From Rhizaria sp. SCN 62-66 (lineage: Eukaryota): DNA of 64,000 nucleotides. The stretch lies in contig MEDY01000014.1 in assembly GCA_001724265.1 (NCBI GenBank), forward strand, positions 124,001 through 188,000, given 5' to 3'. This document shows positions 30,401 through 39,280 of this stretch, one piece after another. Within the stretch, counting starts at the first letter, position 1, and each line of letters begins with the position of its first letter. The position numbers and the translations under genes are program-made. The notes beneath the pieces are model-generated. The model was not told where the DNA came from. It searched no databases and saw only the letters and a program-made list of their open reading frames with translations.

Positions 30401-32476
30401 GTACACATGCACCTCGACCTCCATCGACTCGGCCTCCGCGTCGTTGCTGCCGAAGTTAGGCCGCTTCGCGTCAGGGTCGACGCGCGCCACAGGCACCCCG
30501 CGCGCCGCCAGCGCGGCCAAGTCGGCGTTGACTGCGTACTTGTGCCGCACGGCCACCCAGTACCGCGCACCCGTCTCGTCCGCCCCCACCGGTCCGGGCC
30601 GCGAGTACCGGACGGCCCGCAGCGCGTCGACACCGCCGCCCGCCGAGACCGCTGTGCCGCCGCCGCCGGTGTTGCCCAGAGCGACCGCGGCCGCCACGGC
30701 CTCCTCCTCGACGCGCACGGCTGCGATGGCAGCGGCGTCGCCCAACTCCGTGGCGGCGGCGAGACGGCCAGCGCGCGCGGCGGCGCGGCAGAGCAATGTC
30801 GTCGCTTGGGAGATGACGACGCCGCTGCTGCTGCTGCCGCCGCATAGGGGCGAGACAGCAACGGCGACGGCCGCGGCGGCGGGGTCGGCCGCGAGTGCCT
30901 CAACCTCGGCCTCGTACGCCGTCGTTGTCGCTCGCAGTGCCTCACAGTCCGCAAGGGCCCAGTCACACAGAAGCCGCAGGATGCGGAGACGCAGCGCGGG
31001 CGCAAGGAGAAACAGATCGCGGAGCACGGCGACCGAGTGTAGTCCGTCGGCCGGTGCGGGCGGGTCGCTAGCGGCCCCCGCGGCCTCGGCGACCGAAACG
31101 GGCTCCCAGTCATCGGGGTCGCCGCCGCGGACCAAGTGCGCCGCTGCTGTGGCCGCGAACGAGCGCGGGCGGGCGAGCCAGCGCTCGGTGACGTAGCCGC
31201 GAAGCGGGTTGACGATGGGACCAGAGCTCAGAGAGAAATCGCCCTTGCGCGATTTACTGCTGCTGGCGCTGCTGCTGCTGCTGCTGCCACCGTCGTTGTT
31301 GTCGGCGTCGTCGTCGTTGTCGTTGCTGTCCTTGTTGCCGTCGTCATCGCGATCGCCGTCGCCCTTGTTGCTCTTGGGCGCATTGCTGCTCTCAGCGTCG
31401 TCGTCGTGGTCATGTGAGAAAAGCGCGGGCGCGGGCGCGAGCGTGGGCAGCGCCATCAGCTCGCCGAACGGCACTCCGCCCGCGGTGACGAGCGCAGCCA
31501 GATCAGCGCCCCCGAACGCTGCCGCACTGCCGCCGCGCACAGTCAAAGCGGCGAGATCGGCCGCGCGCCGGCGCCGGTAAATTTCGTCGTCGTACTCAAG
31601 GCCGACAGTGTAGCTAGCATTGTCCTGTGGCCCATCAGCACTCTTCGCACTGGCATTGGCGCTGGCGCGGGCACTGGCGCTGCTAGAGCTGTCAGTGTCA
31701 CCGGCGCTCGCACTAGCAACGTTCTTGGCGACAGTTGATTCGGCAAGCGCGCTACCAGCGTACAGGTCCTGAATGCGCTCATCGAGCAGCGCACCGAGCA
31801 CGCGCTGCCAGTTGCGCGGCGTGACCTCGAGCCCCGGACAGAGCAGCGCGAGCAAGTCTGCGAAGAGCTCGGCCAGCCAGTCGCGGTCGCGCTCGCCGCG
31901 TGCGGTCACGTCCTCGGCTTCCGCCTTGCTCGCGAAAAACGACTCGACCACGCAAGGCGCGCGCTCACCCGCGGGGTTCTCGCCGAGACGAGCGGTAAGC
32001 GCGCGGCGCTGCTGCACCTGGGCCCAGGCGCCGGCGGCGAGACCGGCGAGCAGTTGGGGCTTCGAGGCGGCCGCGACTGCGCCGTCCCAGACCGCGTCGT
32101 CAACGGGCGCACAGAGCAGGTTGCGCAGGAAGCGTGGGCGCGCGTTGAGCGCGTCGCGGGCGCGGGCGCTGCTCATGAAGCCGGAGAGCGCGGGCACGCT
32201 GGCGAGTTGAGCGTCGCGCGACCAGTGCGGCGGGTTCGCGCTCACGAGAGCCGCGGCGAGGCGGAACGGATCGAAGGCGACCAGACCCTGGCCGCGGGGC
32301 GCGCGCTCGCGGCAAAGGCGCGCGTGCTTGCGCAGGGCGCCAATGGCGGGCGTGGTGAAGGTCTCCAGGAACTGGCAGACGGCGGCGAACTCCCAGTTGC
32401 TGAACACGGCGTCCATCGCGACGCACTGCGCGGGCGTCATCGACTGGCCCTCGTAGGCACATGGGTCGTCCTGCAT
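27425..32476 (-). CDS. DDT/WHIM-domain ISWI-associated chromatin protein (RSF1/CECR2/Ioc3-like) with large low-complexity insertions, about 1683 aa
   Basis: SNWEFAAVCQFLETF (DDT-like), LAPALRLRILRLLCDWAL (WHIM1-like), PVGADETGARYW (WHIM2/WSD GxD motif) and PLARSADGLERVLAEL (WHIM3-like). The tail is acidic/basic and contains LRQRAAVSYADD. The start is placed at MQDDPC. Confidence 0.65.
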   Translation of the reverse strand: MQDDPCAYEGQSMTPAQCVAMDAVFSNWEFAAVCQFLETFTTPAIGALRKHARLCRERAPRGQGLVAFDPFRLAAALVSANPPHWSRDAQLASVPALSGFMSSARARDALNARPRFLRNLLCAPVDDAVWDGAVAAASKPQLLAGLAAGAWAQVQQRRALTARLGENPAGERAPCVVESFFASKAEAEDVTARGERDRDWLAELFADLLALLCPGLEVTPRNWQRVLGALLDERIQDLYAGSALAESTVAKNVASASAGDTDSSSSASARASANASAKSADGPQDNASYTVGLEYDDEIYRRRRAADLAALTVRGGSAAAFGGADLAALVTAGGVPFGELMALPTLAPAPALFSHDHDDDAESSNAPKSNKGDGDRDDDGNKDSNDNDDDADNNDGGSSSSSSASSSKSRKGDFSLSSGPIVNPLRGYVTERWLARPRSFAATAAAHLVRGGDPDDWEPVSVAEAAGAASDPPAPADGLHSVAVLRDLFLLAPALRLRILRLLCDWALADCEALRATTTAYEAEVEALAADPAAAAVAVAVSPLCGGSSSSGVVISQATTLLCRAAARAGRLAAATELGDAAAIAAVRVEEEAVAAAVALGNTGGGGTAVSAGGGVDALRAVRYSRPGPVGADETGARYWVAVRHKYAVNADLAALAARGVPVARVDPDAKRPNFGSNDAEAESMEVEVHVYCERVDNELVPVAPVAVDTTTADAATAAVCSGDDTVGDADTDNDDDDDGISVVNSVLPRDVREISSGGAYIGGSQSALAPRPVVQRGERGAAAAEARAKAEAKVTARAEAAAAKAAAAAERAEAKAIKARAAEDKVNAKAAKAAKAAGGDAKSTKPAVAASNVARTESFLARMFGPAATVLVAAAAPAASEDEDQDLDGASSGAEDGARVGGLPWLQRNAAASATGMTVADALKVEARAAAATAAVASATEFIVKLEKMTDDDKSIKAEIDSSSTSTDAAKNNIKSDGPDTKTKEVKSETAAAATDVMLEPSATTAGAGAAMTDNFSNGKDDHADAAAAAAVKAADDDAANAITLSSDSEAAPPATKRRARKRPSTAAASGDAAARYSLSAGPAPEAAARVDHPLAPAAAAAAATWGARFEPRYSFRPLARSADGLERVLAELEREPRRKAAWVEHRRREAARAAAAVAAAADKGRGGKRGAQAKQAGDAAKGKTADDSAAKGKGNGKNGAAATADAKLPTAVTFGSSFASTSSISASASAFNASANAASAAAASGASAAWLKRFLVAKSTTGDDALAAANVKLAEDKAEENDKKAGDDGNDDDKDKVDTIGNSSTSTSSSSNDNDDDKSETSVKDSKNAEDTSNNKKISAANDDDDDEIDDNGSNDDDEDHEKPALTVLLSTLSGAAADAAAEAAGLFPPFYAALLAALRVALSHARDAAVADQVAQKRADRLKRQLGLPPSWGGSMRSSSARGGSGRERGRGGDSDDNDDDDDDDDDDDDIGRSSKRARTAGGRHLRQRAAVSYADDSSDGDAGARRSRRGRGRGRDAEVSHSGGSSSSSGDDDDDDEEDEEGRGGRRRGLRHRPSPPAPLSRAQRYAQRGGGGGGSDSGSGSEIEEIVVSKRGGRRVIADDDDDDGDDGEDDGNKKSASKTQAGGHWLTQRRAAAVASRLGNNDNENNTGDGDSDSGSDNEAVVVIDDNIVVVDDGGDE

Positions 32477-33271
32477 CGTCGCAGAAGACCGGCGAGGGAG
32501 CAGGCGGGGCCGGGCTGAAGAAGCTGGGGAGTTGGGAATCGTGGATGGGGTTCGGGAGCTGTTGGTTGTGGGACCTACACGCAGACAAAACAAGGTCGGA
32601 GAGAGGAGGGAATCGGAAGGTATCAGCCACGACATATACAGCAGATCAGACGAAAATGTTTTAAATATAAATGAATTTCTCCATTTTTCCACATGGCAAA
32701 CAACGACATCGCTATTCTACGACTCTACACAAAGATATTTAGTCTTTTGTATGAACTCCGATGAGGCGCGAAGAGTGCGCGTTGGACATTGTGACATGAG
32801 ACAGTGGTTTATTAAAGGTCACTGCTGTTTGTAACCTTACCGAATGTGTGAATTGAGGAGTGAACATACTACTTTATCTCAAACAACACAATATTTCACG
32901 ATCATATTGATCATACTGGTCAACGAATATGCAGGTCCTACGCCAACATGCAAAAATTGACCGCGCGCATTCAAGACGAAACTGCTGTAGGAGACTGCAT
33001 GCATCACCTCTATGTGCGAAAAAAGAGTTAAATGGGATTATGGGGGAGAAGATAGGATGTATTTCGTACTAAAATATATATCATGTTTCCTAAAGAAGAT
33101 ACAGTGACGATTGCGACGTCCAAAACCAAAGAGATATAAGTGGGCTAACGTATAGAGAAGAGTGTACAGGTCCCAAGCGAACGGTTACCATATTACAACT
33201 AACACACAAACATAGAAAAACAATCAAACGACCTCAGCTGACTGGCTGGCTGGCTGGCACACGCAGCACGC

Positions 33272-35550
33272 TTAATCGTCGGGCTCATAGCCGTATCCCT
33301 CGCCCTGGTAGTCTTCCGCCTCGGGATTGAGCAGCTTGGTGATGGTCATGACCCAGTGGTCCGCAGAGTCCTGGTTCGGACACAGCAGCTCGAGGGTCTT
33401 GTCAGACGTGCGCAGACGCACGAAGCGCACGGCCTCGGCGCGGGACATCTTGCCGTCCATGTCCGCAAGGTCCTGTGATGAATACAAACGCAGAGCAAAG
33501 TGTAACGTAAGATGGCAGAGTGAGACAATGAACCAAGAGAACAAAGAGAGCTCCACACAGATAAATAAATAATTGACGTGATTTAGCGTATTTTAACGTT
33601 TCTGCGTTGACATACCTGATCGACGTCGAGGACCTGCGCCGAGTGCACGAGCTGCTTCTCGCTCGCGCCCCACTTGATCGCACCGTTGGGATACACACAG
33701 AAGAACTTGACGTGCTTATCCTTGCCGCCCTTGATATACTTGACCATGGGCCCCTTGATCACGGGCAGCGCGGACTCAAGCGACGCCGACGACGACGCCA
33801 GCACGGCGGGAGTGACCGACCCCGCGAGCGCGGCCGCGCCGGGCGCCAGCAGCGAGTCGATGAGCGAGAGCCACGTCGCGCGCGCGTGCACTGTGGGCGC
33901 GAGGAGATACAGCGGCTTCTCGGTCGTCTTGAGGGCGAAGAACTTGGCCTTCTTCTCGGGCGCGAGCTGCTCCAGCAGCTCCGCCGAGTGCGCGACACCG
34001 AGTACGCGCGCCGTGTACTTGAACTTGCGGTCGTTGTCACCCCACTTGATCGTGAGATCGGGATACAGTGCGAACACACGCTTGTGAGACTTGACCGAGT
34101 CCTTGACCATCTTGTCCAGCTCTTCCAGCAGCAGCGGCTTATCTTCGCGCACAATCGGCACGGCCGACACGACCGACACGCGGCGCCCCATGGTGGCCGG
34201 AGACCCGCCGATGGCGTGCATGCCCGACGCGAGGGCGGGCCCGCGCTGCAGCGCCACGGCCTCGACGCCGCCCGCGGACACTGCGGGCGCCGGGGAAGAC
34301 ACCGCGGACTCGGGCGCGGGGCTGCGCGCGGGCGTCGCAGTCTGCTGAGACTGCTGCTGGGGTTGTTTGGCGGGGGTGGGCACGGGGCTCTTGCCGAAGT
34401 CGAAGGTGCGTGCGGGCCGGCCGGCGCCGATGGGGCTGCCGGCGATGTCGCGCACGTTCTGCGGCGTTGCCGGCACGGCGCGCGGGGACGCCTGGAACTT
34501 GACGTCGCTGGAGCCCGCGGCGGGCGAGCGCACGTAGTGCAGCTCCTTGCCGGAGGTCTGGTTCACCAGGCCGAGCTGCGGCGCGGAGCTACGCGTGGCG
34601 CGCATGTGCACGTGTGCCAGGATGGCCACGAACGAAGCACGCGCGGCGTCGTCGGGGAAAGAGAAGACGTAGTTGTCGGTGTCCTTGAGCGTGATGCCCT
34701 GGCGCTTCGAGTCGTTTTTGAACTTTTGCGCGATTTCGGCAACTTTGGTGTGGTCGAAGTAGAGCGTGATGGCGGCGCCCTGCTCGATCGAGATTGACTG
34801 CAGCGCGCTGAGGTGGACGCCCCACTTAACGTCGGAGATTTTGGTGGGTCCGTGCGACACCTCGATGTTGTAGATCCACTCGTTAGACAGCACGAGAAGA
34901 CGCTCCTGCTGCGCGCCCTTGCGGTTGACCTTGATGACGAACTGGTGGGTTTGGTAGTACTCGGGCTCCGGGATGAGACTGGCCTCGAGCAGGCGCTGCC
35001 ACTCGTTGCGCACAGCGCGGCCCATGACGAACACGATCTGATCACGCTGCAGCTCCGACTTGCACGTGTACGAGCGCACTTGCAGCACGGCCGACGCGTC
35101 GATCTTGGAGCCGAGGTTGCCGATGAACTTCATCAGCGACTGCTTCATGCTCGACTTGAGCGAGTCCTTGTACAGACGCGTGGTAAACATCAGCGGGTTC
35201 GACGAGTCGGCCTCGACCGAGTGGAAGTCGATCAGCGGCTTGCGCTTGCGCGGGTTGTTCAGGGGCACCGACGGGTCGCACTTGTAAAAGGCCTTGTCGG
35301 TGATGACGATCGTCCACGTCGTGTCCTTGTACTCCTCGTGCAGCTGCGTCCGGAGCAGGAACTCCTCGCCGTTAGACTTGGTCACCGAGTCGAACTGCGC
35401 GAGATCCGTCTTGGTGGGGTCCAGGTGGAGCAGGGAAGTGAGCTGGACGTAGGGGTCGGCCTTGAGGATGCCCGCGTTCATGTCCACAGACTGGAGCAGG
35501 CTCGCGGCCATCTGCGTCGCCGTCGGCGCCGTCGCGGTCGCGGCTGCCAT
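33272..35550 (-). CDS. Multi-PH-domain protein, 2 exons (35550-33616, 33472-33272), about 711 aa
   Basis: FVIKVNRKGAQQERLLVLSNEWIYNI resembles the myosin-I TH1 PH fold. Two related C-terminal PH-like repeats follow: LDKMVK..VKSHKRVF.LYPD.TIKWG...LYLLAP....RATWLSLI and MVKYIK..KDKHVKFF.VYPN.AIKWG...LELLCP....ADHWVMTI. The second is completed only by splicing. Confidence 0.75.
33473..33615 (-). other. Spliceosomal intron (143 nt, phase 0) in the PH-domain gene
   Basis: On the minus strand, CAG|GTATGT donor and CATCACAG acceptor. Splicing joins VLDVDQ|DLADMD. Confidence 0.85.
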
Positions 35551-36350
35551 ACAGGGCGGAAGACTGCGGTAGAGATAGGGCAACGCATGAACGTGGGGAA
35601 AGGTGGCAAACACAAACACAAGAGGGGAGCGACAGCACAGCACGCGAGTTGGTGACGGAAGAAGGTAGAGATAGGAGGGTGAGGGAGTGCAAAAAAAGGG
35701 GGCGAGTTGAATACTGCGGGCGGTGTTGGAGCATCATATACAGCAGATGAGGCAGACTGACAGTCGTTTCGTGGACCATACTGTGCCAAGCTGGGGTGTC
35801 GTAAGGGCGGCACGCGGCTGGCGACCGCTCGCGAGCAGCTCGTTGGGTCGTCTTAGCCTTCGTTAAGCGGACTCTAAAAGCCATGATTGGGGATATGGAT
35901 ATTAAAAGCAAGTACAACCCGTACGAGATAATTTCAGACACTAGAAAAAAAACACCACGACGGCCAATTTCCCTCAGGAGCAAGCGTGAAGCAAACCAAC
36001 TTGGGTTTCGCCTGTGTGTGCTCCTGACTGACAGACTGCTCGATCCAAATTTGGACCGCCGCCAAAAAGTGACCATGGTCCGGTAGCCGTTGTTTGATTG
36101 CAGAGCGAGAGCCATCGTTTTTAGAAGGCATCTTCTGCGTTTGAATTTCTCGATGCAGCATCGCCGGGCGGGAATATATATATTGAAAAGACTCAATATA
36201 GTTTGGGTTTAACATGGCTTTGCTTTTGTGAAGCGAATCTCTTCAAGCTTACGTCCCTGCGCCTGTCCTGAAAAACCGCTCATTGCACTCAACGGCGCTC
36301 ACTCCTTCCATCCCCCCACTTTCCTTCGCCGTTCCACCGCTACAGGCGTC

Positions 36351-38744
36351 ATGGACTCGTACGGCTACGGTCCCCGCGGCGGCGGCCCCGACGGCTACGG
36401 CCCTCCCCGCGGCGGCAGCAGCGCTCCCCCGCAACAGCAGGGCTACGGTGGTAATCTCAACAACCAGCCCCCGATGGGCCAGGGCCAGCAGTCTCGCGGC
36501 GGTCAGTATGCCCCCCCCAGCGGGCCCGGCTACGGCGACAACGGCGGCGGCGGCTACAACGGCTACGGCGCTAACAACAACAACTACGGCCCGCCTCCCG
36601 GCAACAACAACATGAACATGCAGAATAACAACATGAATAACATGAACATGAACGGGCCTCCCCAGAACGGCCGCATGCTCTCCGCCGGCGCGCGCGGCGG
36701 ACCCGCGCCCGGCCCCGGCGGCTACCCGCCTCAGCAACAGCCCCCCATCCAGAACAGCGGCGGCGGCGGCTACGGACCCCCTTCGAACCCCCATGGTAAC
36801 AACAATGGCGGCCCCCCGCCGTCAGGCATGCGCGCTCCGTCCGCTGGCCGCTACGGGCCGCCGCAGGGCCCCACGCCCGGACCCAGCGGCGGCGGCGGCG
36901 GCAACTACGGCTCTCCTGGCCACCATTCGTCTTCATCCTCGTCGTCTTCATCATCATCGTCTGCGGCCGCCGCGTCTGCCTCCGCGGCCGCCGCCGCCGC
37001 GACGGCCGCCGTGTCCGCGCTGACGGCCGAGAACACCGCCCTTCGCGGCCGCGTATCGGGCCTCGAAGAGCAGGTCCACGTCCTCAAGCAGCAGACGCGG
37101 CTCCTGATGACGTTTATGCAGGCCGCTGACGAGCAGCTTACCGCTCTCCGCGCGCACACCGGGCTCGCTCCGGGCGCCGCGCCCGCCGCCGCCGCTGCTA
37201 TGGCCCCGCCTCGCGCCGCCGCCGGTGCCGGTGCTGCTGCGGTGCGCCGTCCCAGTGCTTCCGGCCCCGCGGCGGCGGCGGCGCGTGCGGTTCCGCTTGA
37301 CGCAGCGCCAGAGTCCGTCTTCGGCCCGCCCGACGACGACGACGACGCTCACGGTCACGCCCACGGTCACCCGCATCACGGGGACAATATGGACGTTCTG
37401 GCCGCGCCTGCCACGGCGCCCAAGCGTGTCCCTTCGGCCGGCCGCCGCGCCGTCCCCGGTGCCGCCACGCCCGTCAACGACAACAATGCAAACCCCGTTT
37501 CTGGCGCTCCCGGCTCCGCAGCAGCTGCGGCGCGCCGCACCCCCGCCGCCGCCGCCGCCGCGCCGAAGCCGTGGGTGGGCGTTCTGGACGACCCGGCTCC
37601 TGCCGCCGCTATCGCCACCGCGGGGCCCTACGCAGGCAGCCCCTTCGGCGCGCCCCCCGGCGTTGACAACGCTGCGCGCGCGAAGCCGACGCCTGCTGCG
37701 CGGGTGCGCCAGCCGCCGCCGAAGTCCAAGCCTGAGTGGAACGACGCTGCCGACACGGGGGGCTCTGCGCTCGACCAGGCCCCCGCGCCGTTGCCCGGCC
37801 GCGCGCGCGGCACTCCCGTCCGCGCCCCCGCTGCCGCCCCCGCTGCCGCCGCCGCGGCTCCCACCGCCGCTGCTGCGTCGCGCGCCGCCGCCGCTGGCCG
37901 TGGCGCTGGCGCCGCGGCGCCTCCCGCGCGAGGCGCGTACTCCAGCGCCGCCTACGAGGAGCCCGCCGTGGCCCCGGCCTCCGCCGCGGCAGCGGTGCCG
38001 CGGCAGCAGTCGCAGGCGATCCGCGGCGTGTCGCGTCCCGGCCCCGGTGGACCGCCGCCGGAGTCGGCCTACGGAGCACACGACCGCGACGACGACGACG
38101 ACGGCGGCCGCGGCGGCTTCGGCGGCGGCGGTCAGCTCGGTGGATACTCGATGCCCCCCGGCGCGGACGGCGACGAGGACGACCCCTACGCGTCGGGCGA
38201 GCCGACGGACCAGTGCGGCAACTGCGGCCGCACAATGCGCGTGTCGGCCCTGCGCGTGCATACTGCCAAGGGGATCTGCACCAAGACGCGCAAGGTGTTT
38301 GACATGCGCAAGCAGCGCGTCTCGGGCGTTCTCAACCACGACGAGATGCGCCAGCTCCAGCGCGCCGAGGCCGAGGAGAAGAAAGCCGCCGCCAAGGCCG
38401 CTGCCAAAGGTGGCGCGGACGCGAGCAAGATGCCGGCGAATACTAAGCCCAAGTGGCAGCGCGACCACGAGGCGTTTCAGGCCTCAGTCAAGGCCGGGAA
38501 GCAGGTTTCCGAGGCGATCAAGCAGGGCGTGGACCCGCGCAACATCCCCGTCGTCGCGCTGCCCGCCGAGCTCGACACGCGCGTCCAGTGCCCGCATTGC
38601 ACGCGCAAGTTCTCCGATGAAGTGCTCAAGAGGCACGCGCCCGCGTGTAAGAATACGCGCAATAAGCCCGCGCCGCCGCCCAACCAGCGCGCGGGCGCGG
38701 GGGCCGCGGGCAGTGCAGCCAAGGGCGCCACGCTGCGCCGCTGA
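36351..38744 (+). CDS. C2HC zinc-finger protein (ZC2HC1/FAM164-like) with N-terminal G/P/N/Q/Y-rich region and short coiled coil, about 797 aa
   Basis: CGNCGRTM...L.VH....IC, RKVFDMRKQR, KWQRDHEAF and VQCPHCTRKF.....RH...C occur in the order typical of ZC2HC1-family proteins. The ATG follows CTACAG by 5 nt. Confidence 0.8.
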   Translation: MDSYGYGPRGGGPDGYGPPRGGSSAPPQQQGYGGNLNNQPPMGQGQQSRGGQYAPPSGPGYGDNGGGGYNGYGANNNNYGPPPGNNNMNMQNNNMNNMNMNGPPQNGRMLSAGARGGPAPGPGGYPPQQQPPIQNSGGGGYGPPSNPHGNNNGGPPPSGMRAPSAGRYGPPQGPTPGPSGGGGGNYGSPGHHSSSSSSSSSSSSAAAASASAAAAAATAAVSALTAENTALRGRVSGLEEQVHVLKQQTRLLMTFMQAADEQLTALRAHTGLAPGAAPAAAAAMAPPRAAAGAGAAAVRRPSASGPAAAAARAVPLDAAPESVFGPPDDDDDAHGHAHGHPHHGDNMDVLAAPATAPKRVPSAGRRAVPGAATPVNDNNANPVSGAPGSAAAAARRTPAAAAAAPKPWVGVLDDPAPAAAIATAGPYAGSPFGAPPGVDNAARAKPTPAARVRQPPPKSKPEWNDAADTGGSALDQAPAPLPGRARGTPVRAPAAAPAAAAAAPTAAAASRAAAAGRGAGAAAPPARGAYSSAAYEEPAVAPASAAAAVPRQQSQAIRGVSRPGPGGPPPESAYGAHDRDDDDDGGRGGFGGGGQLGGYSMPPGADGDEDDPYASGEPTDQCGNCGRTMRVSALRVHTAKGICTKTRKVFDMRKQRVSGVLNHDEMRQLQRAEAEEKKAAAKAAAKGGADASKMPANTKPKWQRDHEAFQASVKAGKQVSEAIKQGVDPRNIPVVALPAELDTRVQCPHCTRKFSDEVLKRHAPACKNTRNKPAPPPNQRAGAGAAGSAAKGATLRR

Positions 38745-39280
38745 ACACCGAGCTTTGAACATCTCGCTGCAAAAGCGCGAGACTGATGCAAAACCGCAGT
38801 GTTGACGCGCTGTGGTGCCTGCGATATGTTGCAAACGCGACTGTGAGTGTAGGTAAATGCACGCAGACATGGAATTGAGATGGATTAATGACGGGGCCTT
38901 GTGATTGCGACTTACTGTTTTGTTTGCGAGTGCTTTGCTTGCTTATTGAAGTTAAGGCTGGACCGCAGACATTTGGTTGTTTGCGGTTGATGCGAACTGT
39001 TTTATTAATCATGCTACTAAAGCCAATACTATATAATACGAATTATTTTTACTGTTTTGTTTCATAATACATGTACATGTACAACATTATCTCCACATGT
39101 CTCTTGTTAATGTCTTGTATTCATCGTTGGAATCTGTTGCTGGAGCATGACATGTAGTGAAGTCAAAGTATGTATTACGGTATTCAGATTGTTGTAATCA
39201 GTGAGTTAAGTAGAAGTAGACTATATAAAGGTACATTTTGTTAACAAATTTAAGGCTTGAGTTTTTACTAGCAGTATCTT

